Numbered from the stretch's first letter, positions 24,501 through 34,401 are shown. The stretch is DNA of 64,000 bases from a virus (IMGVR_UViG_3300033066_000905:662-64661), one strand, 5' to 3'. The notes: generated by a model not told the origin, from the letters alone. Program-made: numbers and translations.

Positions 24501-24530
24501 ACCGTCCGTAGAATGAATAAAACTTCTCAT
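18501..24530 (-). CDS. Large minor tail/baseplate protein with a right-handed beta-helix (pectin-lyase-like) domain
   Basis: 2009 aa. N/I-rich parallel beta-helix repeats (NIRVVGCTI, IQINGNT, IKINNNNI); WQILQDIAEANQMSMYFDEIGRL hub motif. Confidence 0.8.
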   Translation of the reverse strand: MRSFIHSTDGRSDSAAVASRVNAAIGNNAVVSDASPQIICEWNHNVVNSGRGINDLAGGNDLYSSLYSLAERKAAKQDIQYAESFAKPWRELDGISVLKAVANETYAPKMHSNPWRLPLQKFYPAVDDKDGLKIWSSPKPSYKVTAGSVLTSPWIPAKNIDVPAPRGGGSEYNREAQGMWINDSGTSGWLLFTDPLPKVWREPDKKVGVLDEGALNGSTKTLKVANYVINEFSKDRPISFYTQLPISTSLTKNNKRTLYFAAWNHHLFKKGLTISYGTTWSSKIKENPKLVKINGYKFIQVIVKDAVPYGATTLKKNARFEVHFPGAIAISLTNMAPPTLGGRKANTMAFSKTVTCAPVHVSKAITSVAVNNELAYWAGRGGMSIEYSRNISVTNTIVVPPKNFTLNFVGRTLTATTGSQMNNRWMMQIGDPGVLKDRQNVTIVGGTWNCNGATGKTRAGIRFSNFTNGCVVFATINAFSNDSGVAIDGCKNIRVVGCTISTAVSGQTSSAVEIRNHANELDYDACDTIQINGNTLASTYGVTSTVLQDSLIASHKNIKINNNNITAAHTGILLSDVDQYAIMANTIVIGSGLVGINVTTSRTNSMWGYIWGNSLQGSSAASHISLTGLNSNLMVSRVILLNNTGTTNTKLKLNYAAIVSAWQDDASPQIFVENNNTSQIYTDKNATYHMLPYAQPMVQYYQGAVEVTKIRQIGKKLEVWLENDLAGLKVGDYVSFDNIHPAVDGSKKVLQISHDPDGVLGKLTKLVVASGMSQTVCLAGTLSNPKPYPIDPDDNTGYAHKDKSITANKIVAKFDTTYGTPYSFVVQVKNRGSWSTIYTHTGALSSETEPDYNGSDYNNNFGLAIYNNNGTWTTTPSHFHPKDNPNALTFDAVRLIIDRMTDDGAYATLTELSARFSADLTDYTESFDVSKELGDSSKVAPVGRSSTNTGSVSLINDTGLFDINNVSSPFYGMFVKNAVVHLYMNYTTGTGTQFAVKQKALTSNVAALTTSVAHNLTTGDQIFVQGVGTAFDGAFRVASTPNSTTIMYGSTASDVPYSAATGFVNKNTFNAESFVTKVKLGTMLVGGWKSAGRESAGIDLIDKSGVLQNMKCRDFVHYDMTENGKAIPMETALQALLDSLGFGNYVFKTKNDLIPIDFIWSKKDDTPWQILQDIAEANQMSMYFDEIGRLQIISPGYIYAEEQKLLGFYTSPTTITMNYASNIEGLTVGTEVYGEYISYPSYISAIDKTNKILTLITSHPSGLPVDASSASLWNTAATAKNIGFGRRVDYQIMGSNINNDRIVDRSEIKTFRRSRAINAWTNQTLPTTSNIDEDLLERKPMCTLVKQQAEFYVNTYQSVNNSGTYNVTLGVFPAQDDQGSPPTTNDKIYVSNIASQFNGLYTLTTGTATYGDGYLMYYNGPGGSVTNSNDAAGTLGWSSTDFGYEVTNLHIGRKYTFRGKLYIPSSNTATYTVNPTTDATITKSTASNITLRDAWVDFQVDFIASKSTHQLKYAVANGTDSDSLYIYDDEAFYADDTMPETKYDEVINADLANMDRASKVTVKYKALQQYGEKATARNKDVGKNTDLYSIQNDALSILEFLGFKNGRFMYNPKYMNETQKITDIGGKAGSENEKSDPIGPIKNLSGSFEFDGTVYEYVGLYAKAHVTGGYVAKEVLLKNADDLARLREANNNVAPLFTGEGQLKSGASMQIWNVQDQYEGIKNTIIQPKNISFAPIPPGKNLLPDKDGEAAYYKSKIKKEYNHCGCAFVVNSLPKSSIGLWKPITLGAYFTLDQSYNFGIVFNEKNQMSVYATSSYNTIPDGAPGAKVKAKGLVTPMTVVWKSDLKGLTREWFLTRQHRLEVLIYAVNWVERRFELYLNRQLIAVFADTKTVAKIRYDPGITVATGPYTGITVPAIYAIASEGARPKWYDPAQGLEEAMNYKADQIRAVWKSQQKKLKLTDAQLEAKINQSIIANRGKVIKDTPDQSLKDYLTIQTRDYKATVDRKDFK

Positions 24531-24988
24531 ACTTCTTCCCAGGAGCAGTTAAAATTCCAAAAATCGGTATTAATGCCACTGGGAAGTTTCACTCCACGCT
24601 TCAAAACGTCGTAACTAAAATCCTTAAGTCGGCACTCAATTTGGGCCAGGGGAGCGTTGGCGTTAATGACATTAGAGCGATTGTACACACTCATTGTAAA
24701 CGTACCAAAATTGTTATTATAAAAATCTAGCAATTCGTTGCCGGACCAAAACCCGTCAACTGTTGCTGGAGCATCGGCCGGAACGGTGTCCCAAGACAAA
24801 GAAAACGAACGCTTTCGAGCAATGACGTAGCCGCGCAACGTTCCACGAACGGTGCGACCGGTGTTACCAATCTCATCGTAGGACACGCTCAATTCCTGAC
24901 GATTGTGGTCGGTCAAAAACCCGTCGCCGTACGTTGACGTAAAACGAACAATTGGCAGCAGGGGAAACCTCATTGGCACGGCAACCAT
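24527..24988 (-). CDS. Minor tail protein (distal-tail-like)
   Basis: Directly follows the tape measure; RTVRGTLRGY...KRSFSLSW...WEEV. Confidence 0.7.
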   Translation of the reverse strand: MVAVPMRFPLLPIVRFTSTYGDGFLTDHNRQELSVSYDEIGNTGRTVRGTLRGYVIARKRSFSLSWDTVPADAPATVDGFWSGNELLDFYNNNFGTFTMSVYNRSNVINANAPLAQIECRLKDFSYDVLKRGVKLPSGINTDFWNFNCSWEEV

Positions 24989-27900
24989 TATCGTCTACCT
25001 CCGACTACTCTAGCCCTCCCGCTACGAACCTCTTTCTTTTCAAGAGCGTTGTACACCGCCTGCTCAATTTCCAGGGGCGTTGCGTTGGCTTTGTCAATGT
25101 TCACGTTTACATTATAGTTTGTATTGGCGCTAGTTGCAAGGTTGTCGATGCCCTCGTTGAGTTTACGAGTCAGTGGTTCTGTTAGGACCGCCTCGCCCTT
25201 GTGCAGATTTGCCAAAGTGTTGTCGTAATTAATTGTTGCTCCGCTGCGCAGCGCAGGAATTACCAAACCACCGGCCGCGTACTTCTGTGCGTCCGGAGTA
25301 CTCCACCCAATGTAACCGTTTGGTGCGGCAGACATTGGATTTGATTCAATTGTGCCGGAACCCCAGTTATTGACAAAGTTACCCTTTCCATCAGCAACCG
25401 CAACGTGACCGTATCCACTACCTACCGCACTGTTCCACCACACCAACGCTCCTCGTGGAGCGTCGCCCTGTTGCATTGCGTTGGCGCCCTGAACCGCTGC
25501 ACCAGCGTCAACGGCGGCGGGATGCCGAGTAACGGGCTGACCCAACTTTTCCCAAAGATCGTTGACGTTCTTCAAGCAGTGGCCAGCAACGCTGCTACCA
25601 TCAATATCACTACGCCCAAGGTACGACTCCATCAACTGTGCGTACTGCTCCATGAGTGGGGTGCTTCCGGCAGTGTTTGCACCCGTGGATGCCTTTTTAG
25701 TAGCCGTTTCTGCGGCGGCTTGTGCCGCAAGAACAATTTCACGCTTTGCGTTAAACTTGTTAAGTTCAACTTGGAAGTACTTTGAAGCCTGAACGTTCAG
25801 TGGGTCACTGATTCCACCAACAATGCCACCATCGGCGTATCCGCCAGCGGCTTTCTTGGCAAAGTTGTTGTAGAAGTTGTGCGCGTCTGCGGGGCGTTCA
25901 TTGTAAATTCCACGTTCCCTATCGGCAGACTTTTCAAACGTGTCGTGGAACAAGGCGGTGGCCGCATCAACGTCCTGAATTGTTTTCAACTGCTGCCACA
26001 TTGACGACCACGTTGAATCGCTATTAATTTCACTCAACAAGAATTCCAACTGTGTGTTCAAGTCCTGCCACGGCTTGCCCTTTGATTGAGCAAAGTTACG
26101 CAAAGCGTCTGCGCGACCAAACGACCATTGAACAAGACCAATACCCGTTCCGCCGCTTTCTTCTAGTGATGGATCAAGGGTAGACTCTTGGTTGAGGTTA
26201 CCCATGACACCGGCCGCACCGGCCTCAGAAAGGCCCTGGCCAATGAGCCACTTCCACAGGTCCGCCGCTGCCTGCCCTGTCGGAACAATACTGTTAAACC
26301 CATTGACTCCAGCGGCCTTTGGAGTTCTTGTTTGGAATTTCCAAGCCTCGGGGTTTGCTCCGATCTGTTTTGAATCAAGTAGCGACTGTAGGCTTCCACT
26401 ATTAAACCCGCCTTGGCCAATTCCAACAAAACCACCGTCAGCGGCCTGCCATGGCATTGGCCCGCCGGACTCGTGCTGAACAAGACTTGGCATGTACTTC
26501 CACTCAAAGTGCAAATGGTCTGAACCAGAAATACCGATCAACTTACCGGCCTGTACCGCTTCCCCAACGGCGACCAATACCTGCTGCAAGTGAGCGTAAC
26601 GGGTCATGCCTCCGTTAAGATGTTGAAGTTCAATAGTTGACCCTGGACTGTACGAGCCGTTTTCGTACGGGCCAGCGTGAATAACGTTACCTGCGGCATA
26701 AGCAAACACTTCTTGTCCGCCGCCACCAATGTCATTGACGCCCCAGAACGGCTCTCCAGCCCAACCAACACTGTGATTTCCACCACCGTTGTACATCAAT
26801 CCATTGGTAACGGAGTCGGCGTAAATTACGGCGTGTGTTGGACCAAGGTCTTTTTGTGACTGTAGAATCATTGCCTGACGCTGTTCGGGAGTCAGGTTTT
26901 CTGTTCCTCCGGTGCCAATGGGTGCAATTGTTGCTGCCTTGTCATCAATTGCTTTTTGAATTGCCGCTTCCGCGCCCTTGTTCATGAGTTCACTGGTTTT
27001 GATTGCCATTTGGCCAACCAGACCACCGTCAGCAAAGTTGTGAATTGCTTCGGACGGTGACAATGTTCCCTGATTGACTTTATTCAAGAATCCTGTTCCG
27101 TATCGTGCGACAGAACTTTGCTTAATGACGTATTCGCCATTACTCAGACGTGCAGGAATTGAGTCCGACGTTCCCGTACCCGGCCCAGAAATGTATCCTC
27201 CGGTCGCGGCGGCTACCAGTTTTGACTTTGCCGCGTCTCCGTCAGCGGTTAGTCCAGTGGCGTACGCAGTAACCATGTCAAGAATGCCGGAATAGTTAAT
27301 GTTTGTGAACGAGTTGACAAATTCTGTAGCAACCGCCTTAATGTCAGCAACAGTCTGTGTTGACCACGTGTCCCAACCCAGTGTCATTGCAGCGAGCATG
27401 GACGTGCTGCTGGCATTAATTTCAGAGAACGCTTGAATTTGTAGTTGCTTGCGGTAGATAATCAGACTTTGCATTTGTGTTTCTGCCGCCACCGTTTGCG
27501 CGAGCAACTGTGCAATCTGTGTTGACTGTAGAGCAAACATGTTGTTTTGCTCCAAAGTTTTTTGGCCAGCCAATGCGGCAGAATTTAAAGAGTCCGCCGC
27601 AAACTGTGCCTGCGTACCGACAAGTTTCTGTTGCGCTAGTTTTGCGTCCGACTGCATTGCCGCTTGGTCACCGGCAACACGTTCGGTGGAAAGAGTTTGA
27701 GTTACTTCACCAAGGGCTTGTTCCGCTTGACCGGTTGCCAGACCCGGCCCAGGAATAACAATTCCCGGTGCCTGTGCTGGTGCCCCTGGACCAACGACTC
27801 CACCATCGGCAAACTTTTTTGCGTTAATGTTGTCAAGGAACGCTTTGCCGTACTTTCCAACGGCGGCGGCGCGAACAACGTACTCTCCGTTACTAACGTA

Positions 27901-30900
27901 AGCAGGAATTGAATCACTTGTTCCTGTTCCCGGTCCAGTAATTAAACCACCAAAAGCATGATAACCGCCCGTGTCTGGCTTTCCACCTCGACTATTTCCT
28001 CCAGCAGCATCACCACCAATTGACACTGTTCCAGCCACAACACCGGCAACGGTACTACCAACAGAAGACGCCGTTTTATTTCCTGATTCAGCCAATGCCG
28101 TCAACTGTGCAAGCAGGCCGTCAATCGGCTGCTTGTCTGCCACAGCCTGAACAATTTGTTGGAACAGTTGTAGCATTTGTGCATTTACCTGTAGACCATC
28201 GGCCATTTTCTTTGTCAGGTCCGCAGGAATTCCCAACGTGTCATTTGCCCACGATACCCACGCATTTTGAATTGTGCCTGCCGTCGTATTAAATTCTGCC
28301 GCCATTGCTTCAATTGCCTGCTTATGAGTCATGTGCTTGTTGTTTGTTAGGTCATTGTACCTTGCGGCAAACTGTTCCTCAGTAAACAACATGGTTCCAG
28401 TGGCAGCGTTGCTGGCAGCAGCAGCGGCCTGAGCCTCGGACGCCGCCTGCCGCATTGACTCAATTCGTGCCTGATCGGAAGCACGTGCCGACTCCAAAAC
28501 TGCGGTGTCGTGCGCCTTTTGTTGCTCAAGGAACAGAGCGTCTTGCTCCTGCTTTGCTTTAAGTGCGGCCTCCATGTCCCCGACTTTTTTGTCACGGGTT
28601 GCGGTAAGGGCATCGGTTTGCTGTGTTGCCGTATCGGTTGCCGCAGCGTTTTGATCTTCGGCTCCCCATTGTTGCTTGTTTTGGTCCATCTGCATTTGAG
28701 CAGAAACAAGACCAAAGTAGTCTCCACTGGCAACTGCTTCAGCGGCATTAACCTGCAACTGCGACCAAGTTTTTTCACGGTCGCGACGCTTTTGCTCTTC
28801 CTCAAATGCCTTTTTACGAACCTCCTCTGCTTTGGTGATTGCAGCAATTTGATCGTCATAAAACTTCTTTGTGTTGTCAATTTCTGTTTGGCGAGCCTTC
28901 TGAGCCTTGTCAAATGCGTCGGCGGTCGCCTTTTGGTTTGCCTCCTGGGCCTTTTGCATTTCATTGAGTCTAGCCTCAGACTCTTTTTGTGCAGCATCAG
29001 CAGCAGCGTTGTCGGCGGCGGCTGCATCAGTAGCGGCCTGTTTGCCATTTTGCGCATCAATTTCTTCTTGTGTTCCAAAAGCCGCTCTACCTTTAGATGC
29101 TCTCTGCGTTACTTCTTTAATAGTTCGACGCTCAGTCACGATTGCTTGAATTTGAATTACAGATTTACCCTTTAGATCATCAATCTCAATACCAAGTCCC
29201 TCTACCCTTGATGTTGCAAGTGCGACGGAAGCGGAATCAACATCTACTCTTTGACCGGCTGCGGCAGTTTTATTATAATCCTCAATTTCGGCCTTTGATT
29301 GTTCATATACAGATCGCAACCCCATGAGAGCAACACGCTGTGCTCCAGATGACCTAGCAATTCTTCCATTCAATTCATCCGCAGCATTTCCACTTTTACC
29401 CATTGCGGCGGTGGCGTCGTCCATTGCCTTTTTTGCCGGACCTTCCATTGTTGCAGCAAGGGCAACCACTGTGGCTTGATATTTTGTCAGCCCGTATTTT
29501 CCCTGCTCTAGGGTATCGGAAATTTGTTTTACCGCAGCCTGCTCTTGCGGAGCAAGTTTATCAACCATTGCCGCAGCAACCCTGTCGCTTGACTCTTCAG
29601 CGGTTTTTGCCCATTCCTTAAAAGCATCGCTTTGGCGAGCGAGCACGTCAGCCCTTTGAGCATTATTCATTGACAAATATCCAGCAGTCATTGAACCTGC
29701 TGTCACTTTATCGCCCGCTCGCAAGCCATACGAACTTTCTTGAGTGTTTGGTGTTTGTCCTACGGTTCCACCAAGAGTGACGCTTTCGCCCTTATCATTA
29801 TTTCGTCCACCTGACCATGGCTTTGGACCTTCTGTCTGAATATTTCTTCCAAGATCAGAAATTTGTTTGTTGATACCGTAGATACTTTGCTTTGTGAATT
29901 CTTTTAGAAAATCCTTTTTTTCAAGAGTTTTTGCTTCAAGCGCTGCAACCAGAGCCTCACCCAATGCAGAACCCATTTGAGTTCCTGATGCGTCAACAAT
30001 TTCTTTAGTTTTTTCTGACAGTTGCCCATCGGAAAGATAGTCGTTTGGATCAAACCAGCCACCATACCCGGACTTTGCGGTTCCTGCCCATCCCCCAGTA
30101 GCAACTTCTTGAGACTTTAATGCTTTGTCAATGGCTTTTTTAGCATCATCGTATCCCGCCTGAATAGATTTTGCGCTGACCTTTAGGTCAATTTCTAAAG
30201 CAACAGAATGTTTTCCGGCCATAGCGGCAAGATTTTTAACAAAACTTAAAGCGACTCGCTCCGTAACACCTTGATTAAGAAGTTCACGATACATTCTTTC
30301 AACCGCCATTAATGCCTCAGCGTCGGCCATACCCTGTAGAGCCTTGACACGCTCCGGAGCCTTTTCCTTAATAAGGGCTTCCATTTTAGGACTGTAATTT
30401 GGATCAACACCAATACTTTCCGTATTAATACCAATATTACTGGCAATCTTTGGGGTTCCGCCTAAAGTTTTTACAATTTCTGCACTTAAGCGTTCGTTTG
30501 CGGCAGCAATATTTTTAGAAAGTTCAACAAGTTTTTGGCCTGCTTCTTTTGCGGCCTCACCCATCTTTTGAATAAAGCCAAACGTTCCCCCAGCAACACC
30601 GCCAATTAATGCGCCGACACCGCCTCCGACACCACCAAAAGGCATACCAAGCATCATACCAGCGCTGGCACCCATGCCTGCCATACTCAAAGTATTTGCG
30701 GCAACTGCTTTTCCACTGGTTCCCTCGGTTCCACCCATAAACATTGGAAGCATTGACAAGCCCATCATGCCCATGCCCACCTTGCCAAGATTATTGCCCA
30801 TTGCCGCTCCGGCAGTTTTTATTATGGATGCTGCTTTTTTAGTCGCCTCACCAAATCCTAGTACGGCTTGTGTCAGTCTGCTTAGCCCACCAGTCATTTG

Positions 30901-33900
30901 AACAATGCCGCCGCCCTTGGCGAACATTTTACTAAAGTCCAATGCGCCAATTTGATTGTACATCAGATTAGCGGATTTTATTCTGGACGCAGCAATTTTG
31001 TCCGTTTTAATTGCATCTTTCGCGGCTTTGTCAAGGGTGGCCATTTCTGCGGCAGTTTTAGTTTGTGCTGGCATGTCCCATATTTTGACTGGTGCGGGCC
31101 TAACGTCAGAGATTACTCTCGTTTGCTTTCCTTCTGCGTCTGTTTTAGTTGTGGAACTGTAAGCGACTCCTCCTACTCTTTTTGAAATTTCACTGATTTT
31201 TCCCGCAAAAGTGCCAGCGGCGGCGGCACTTTTCTTTAATCCATTATTAAATTCATTAAGTGTTTTGCCATCAAAAGCCTTGGCTTTGCCCATAGCGACG
31301 ACACCCTCTTTGGCCTGTGTACGCAACCTTCCTTCCTGCGTCTTATTTAAAGGGGCAACTCCAAACTGGGCGCGCTGTGCATTAGTACGATCAATCAACT
31401 GCTGACCAATTGCCGCCTTGAGATCGTCCGCTTTCATTCCAATCAAACTACGACCACTTGCGTCCTTTCTAACAATGTCTGGGCCAAACTTTTTTTGAAT
31501 TGCCGCAAACGCGGCATCCGACGACTTCTTTTGCGCGGCGAGGGTTTCTTTTAGATTTTCTTTTGTATTAGCAAGAATCTGACGGTCGGTTCTAATTTCT
31601 GATCCCCGAGTGTTTCTCTGCTCAATGGCTGCTTTGGTTTGTGGGCTGGCTTCCTGGCTTTTTTTGCTACCAGGCTTATCAATGGCGGAACCCGTGCCCA
31701 ATCCAGCACTGGTAAGAGCAGCCTCAAGAACATCGACACTCATGCCAAGCGTAAGGAAATGTTGTGCTAGCAGTTCTGCTGCGCGCTCCGCAGCCTTAAT
31801 TCCTGTTAGACCTTCACTATTGACAGTGGCATTGATGCCCTTAATCACATTTTGAGCAATAAGATGCTCACGTGTTCCGTTGGTTTGTGATCCGCCCGCA
31901 CCAGAATTCTTTTCACCGATAGAAACAGGAATAAGTTTTCCTTCTCTATCATTAAGAAAACTATTCATCGCGGTCGATTGACCCGGAGCGCCGTAAATTG
32001 GCTGATGAACTCCGCCCGCAAGTTGTCCAGCTATAAGGTTTGCGCCAGCAATCATTGGCCGTGAAGTTTGACCACTAATTGTTGCCGATCCTAGTCGATA
32101 TGATGCGCCCAACAATTGAGCAATGTATTTCTCAGTATTTGACGACGCCATTGCCAACTCTTCGCTAAACATTTTTGAATACGCCGTGTTACTTCTCATT
32201 GAACTGGCAAAACCAAGAATCTCTTTCTTTGCTTGTTCCTGTGCCTGAGCGGTTCCCTGAGCAGCCAAACTTCCAATTCTTGCAAGTTTTTCCTGTACTT
32301 TTGTGTCGCCAATCTTTGCGCCACTGTCGGCTGCCGTAATGAGGCGCATGGTCGTCCCAATACCGGCCAACTGTTGAGAATTGAGACCTTGCAATTGCGC
32401 CGTTGAATAACTTGCCGAACCTTGTTTATTTTCACCAAGAATAATTCCACGGCGTTCCGCTTGCTCTTTGCCCTTTGCCAACATTGTTGGTGGAGCAAAC
32501 ATGCTGCCACCCATTACTGACCGCACTCCGGTGAGTCCAGAAACAAGTCCAGCAATGGCACCGCGCAGAATTTCTACCTGATCGGTTACCTTCATAAACC
32601 CCATTTGTAGTTGTTCCGTCAATTTTTCTGCGGCTACAAGTTCAGGCGTAAGAATTTTTGCAATATTGGATTTAAACCCACTGCGGAACAGCATTCCAAT
32701 TTTCATGAGCGTGCCCAAGAAGTTTAATAAGATGCCACCAATCATTACACCGACTGGTGCAAGGGCGGCAAAAGCCATTCCAATTTCAAGAATAACCTTT
32801 AATCCCTTTGGCAGTTTATTAAACTTGTCAACTATCCCTGCAATTACTTTAAATGCCGCCGTAAACGCACCAACAAAATCTTCGCCCATAATCGCCATAT
32901 TTGTTTTGAGCGTTTCCATGACCTGCTTAAACTTGTTTGCGGCACTTTCTGTCACAGCAGCCTGCTCTTGCTGGGCTACCTGACCAAGAACTTCTGCCCG
33001 AGTTCCCATCAAATCCAGAACTTTTATAGTTTGTGATCCAGACTTGTTGATGTTATTGAAAAATGCTCCCCAACGGTTCATCTGGAACTTTCCAAACAAT
33101 TTTTCTAATGCATTTGTTTTTTCAATTGTTCCAAGTCCTTCAAGTTGTCCTTGCAGTTCAAGAATTGTGGGGACCAGTTGCCCGACGTTCTTTTTTGCAA
33201 TACCAACAATGTCAATACCTAACGTTTTTAGATATTCAATTGCGTCTTTTGATGGAGCGATAATACTAGCGAGACCGGACTTGAGCGCCATGGCACCTTC
33301 ACCGGCACTAATTCCACCCTCTTTAAACGCCGTCATGAACAGCGAAAGTTCTTGAATTCCACCGCCCAAGTTTTTTACGGTCGCTCCCGCTCGCGGAATT
33401 GCTGCCGTCAAATCCTGTAGACTTAAAGAGGTCTGGTTTTCCACGGCGTTCATGAAGTTTACAGAATCGGACAACTCTTTAGTGTTCATCTTGAAAGCCG
33501 TCTGCAAAGACAGGGTTGTTTTCATCGCGTCTTCACGGGACGTTTCACCGAGTAGCGCAAGACGCGAAGTTTCGCGAACGGTGTCCATTAGTTTCTTTCC
33601 CTCAAGGCCGGTCGCGGCAAGGTCGGCAGTCAATCCAAGAGTGTCCTGGGAACTTTGCCCCATTGATCCTGCAAGGTCACGAGCCAACGCAATTGATTCC
33701 TCACGGATCATTTGCGATTGCTTTTTAAAATCTTCTCCAAACGTCAATCCGGAACCATAAACTTTTTGGATGCGCGTCAATTCTTTGTCCATTGACACAA
33801 ATGCTGCGGTGGCGGCACCGGCAAGAATACCAATGGGAATTGTCATACCGACCATCATCTGACGACCGGCCCACTGAATATTTTTACCAAGATTTACAAC

Positions 33901-34401
33901 ACCGGTACTAAACTGAGCCATGGTGGCCCTTGCTAGCATTGCTTTTGTTGCCGCCAACTGTGCCGACTGAGCAAACGTGTCAACACCCTTGGCCGTCGTA
34001 ACAAGCGCTTGGGCCTGTCCGGCAGAGTTTCTGCCCATGTAGGTTACGGCAGAGTTTTGAAGCGCAACCTGTTGGCGAGCCAACTGTGTAATAACGCCTT
34101 GTTCCTGACGAATGGCACGCATTGCACGATAAGACTCGTTTAGCCCCAGGCGTTTTTGGGACATTGCTTGGCCAAACTTTTCGGCCTCGGAACGAACACC
34201 AACGGTGACCTGATGGAACTTTCCCATCTGTGTTGCCGCTGTATTAAAGTTGCCCATTGCGGCAGCGGCGGTTGCCGCTTTTCCGCTCGCACCAGCGTTT
34301 TTATTAAACGCCGCAATTGCAGCATTTGCCGCATTAATTTGAGCAATAAGTGGGCTAAAGTTTGCGGACGCGGCAAAGTGAATATTGACGACTTCTGTCA
34401 A
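24988..34401 (-). CDS. Tape measure protein with C-terminal M23 peptidase, phage tail lysozyme and CHAP/NlpC-like domains
   Basis: 3137 aa, Ala-rich helical with a TP901-type core. YAHL/HLHFE (M23), GVMGNLNQES...GIGLVQW (tail lysozyme), GHCLKNV...YGHVAV (Cys/His amidase). Follows the tail chaperones. Confidence 0.93.
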   Translation of the reverse strand: MTEVVNIHFAASANFSPLIAQINAANAAIAAFNKNAGASGKAATAAAAMGNFNTAATQMGKFHQVTVGVRSEAEKFGQAMSQKRLGLNESYRAMRAIRQEQGVITQLARQQVALQNSAVTYMGRNSAGQAQALVTTAKGVDTFAQSAQLAATKAMLARATMAQFSTGVVNLGKNIQWAGRQMMVGMTIPIGILAGAATAAFVSMDKELTRIQKVYGSGLTFGEDFKKQSQMIREESIALARDLAGSMGQSSQDTLGLTADLAATGLEGKKLMDTVRETSRLALLGETSREDAMKTTLSLQTAFKMNTKELSDSVNFMNAVENQTSLSLQDLTAAIPRAGATVKNLGGGIQELSLFMTAFKEGGISAGEGAMALKSGLASIIAPSKDAIEYLKTLGIDIVGIAKKNVGQLVPTILELQGQLEGLGTIEKTNALEKLFGKFQMNRWGAFFNNINKSGSQTIKVLDLMGTRAEVLGQVAQQEQAAVTESAANKFKQVMETLKTNMAIMGEDFVGAFTAAFKVIAGIVDKFNKLPKGLKVILEIGMAFAALAPVGVMIGGILLNFLGTLMKIGMLFRSGFKSNIAKILTPELVAAEKLTEQLQMGFMKVTDQVEILRGAIAGLVSGLTGVRSVMGGSMFAPPTMLAKGKEQAERRGIILGENKQGSASYSTAQLQGLNSQQLAGIGTTMRLITAADSGAKIGDTKVQEKLARIGSLAAQGTAQAQEQAKKEILGFASSMRSNTAYSKMFSEELAMASSNTEKYIAQLLGASYRLGSATISGQTSRPMIAGANLIAGQLAGGVHQPIYGAPGQSTAMNSFLNDREGKLIPVSIGEKNSGAGGSQTNGTREHLIAQNVIKGINATVNSEGLTGIKAAERAAELLAQHFLTLGMSVDVLEAALTSAGLGTGSAIDKPGSKKSQEASPQTKAAIEQRNTRGSEIRTDRQILANTKENLKETLAAQKKSSDAAFAAIQKKFGPDIVRKDASGRSLIGMKADDLKAAIGQQLIDRTNAQRAQFGVAPLNKTQEGRLRTQAKEGVVAMGKAKAFDGKTLNEFNNGLKKSAAAAGTFAGKISEISKRVGGVAYSSTTKTDAEGKQTRVISDVRPAPVKIWDMPAQTKTAAEMATLDKAAKDAIKTDKIAASRIKSANLMYNQIGALDFSKMFAKGGGIVQMTGGLSRLTQAVLGFGEATKKAASIIKTAGAAMGNNLGKVGMGMMGLSMLPMFMGGTEGTSGKAVAANTLSMAGMGASAGMMLGMPFGGVGGGVGALIGGVAGGTFGFIQKMGEAAKEAGQKLVELSKNIAAANERLSAEIVKTLGGTPKIASNIGINTESIGVDPNYSPKMEALIKEKAPERVKALQGMADAEALMAVERMYRELLNQGVTERVALSFVKNLAAMAGKHSVALEIDLKVSAKSIQAGYDDAKKAIDKALKSQEVATGGWAGTAKSGYGGWFDPNDYLSDGQLSEKTKEIVDASGTQMGSALGEALVAALEAKTLEKKDFLKEFTKQSIYGINKQISDLGRNIQTEGPKPWSGGRNNDKGESVTLGGTVGQTPNTQESSYGLRAGDKVTAGSMTAGYLSMNNAQRADVLARQSDAFKEWAKTAEESSDRVAAAMVDKLAPQEQAAVKQISDTLEQGKYGLTKYQATVVALAATMEGPAKKAMDDATAAMGKSGNAADELNGRIARSSGAQRVALMGLRSVYEQSKAEIEDYNKTAAAGQRVDVDSASVALATSRVEGLGIEIDDLKGKSVIQIQAIVTERRTIKEVTQRASKGRAAFGTQEEIDAQNGKQAATDAAAADNAAADAAQKESEARLNEMQKAQEANQKATADAFDKAQKARQTEIDNTKKFYDDQIAAITKAEEVRKKAFEEEQKRRDREKTWSQLQVNAAEAVASGDYFGLVSAQMQMDQNKQQWGAEDQNAAATDTATQQTDALTATRDKKVGDMEAALKAKQEQDALFLEQQKAHDTAVLESARASDQARIESMRQAASEAQAAAAASNAATGTMLFTEEQFAARYNDLTNNKHMTHKQAIEAMAAEFNTTAGTIQNAWVSWANDTLGIPADLTKKMADGLQVNAQMLQLFQQIVQAVADKQPIDGLLAQLTALAESGNKTASSVGSTVAGVVAGTVSIGGDAAGGNSRGGKPDTGGYHAFGGLITGPGTGTSDSIPAYVSNGEYVVRAAAVGKYGKAFLDNINAKKFADGGVVGPGAPAQAPGIVIPGPGLATGQAEQALGEVTQTLSTERVAGDQAAMQSDAKLAQQKLVGTQAQFAADSLNSAALAGQKTLEQNNMFALQSTQIAQLLAQTVAAETQMQSLIIYRKQLQIQAFSEINASSTSMLAAMTLGWDTWSTQTVADIKAVATEFVNSFTNINYSGILDMVTAYATGLTADGDAAKSKLVAAATGGYISGPGTGTSDSIPARLSNGEYVIKQSSVARYGTGFLNKVNQGTLSPSEAIHNFADGGLVGQMAIKTSELMNKGAEAAIQKAIDDKAATIAPIGTGGTENLTPEQRQAMILQSQKDLGPTHAVIYADSVTNGLMYNGGGNHSVGWAGEPFWGVNDIGGGGQEVFAYAAGNVIHAGPYENGSYSPGSTIELQHLNGGMTRYAHLQQVLVAVGEAVQAGKLIGISGSDHLHFEWKYMPSLVQHESGGPMPWQAADGGFVGIGQGGFNSGSLQSLLDSKQIGANPEAWKFQTRTPKAAGVNGFNSIVPTGQAAADLWKWLIGQGLSEAGAAGVMGNLNQESTLDPSLEESGGTGIGLVQWSFGRADALRNFAQSKGKPWQDLNTQLEFLLSEINSDSTWSSMWQQLKTIQDVDAATALFHDTFEKSADRERGIYNERPADAHNFYNNFAKKAAGGYADGGIVGGISDPLNVQASKYFQVELNKFNAKREIVLAAQAAAETATKKASTGANTAGSTPLMEQYAQLMESYLGRSDIDGSSVAGHCLKNVNDLWEKLGQPVTRHPAAVDAGAAVQGANAMQQGDAPRGALVWWNSAVGSGYGHVAVADGKGNFVNNWGSGTIESNPMSAAPNGYIGWSTPDAQKYAAGGLVIPALRSGATINYDNTLANLHKGEAVLTEPLTRKLNEGIDNLATSANTNYNVNVNIDKANATPLEIEQAVYNALEKKEVRSGRARVVGGRR

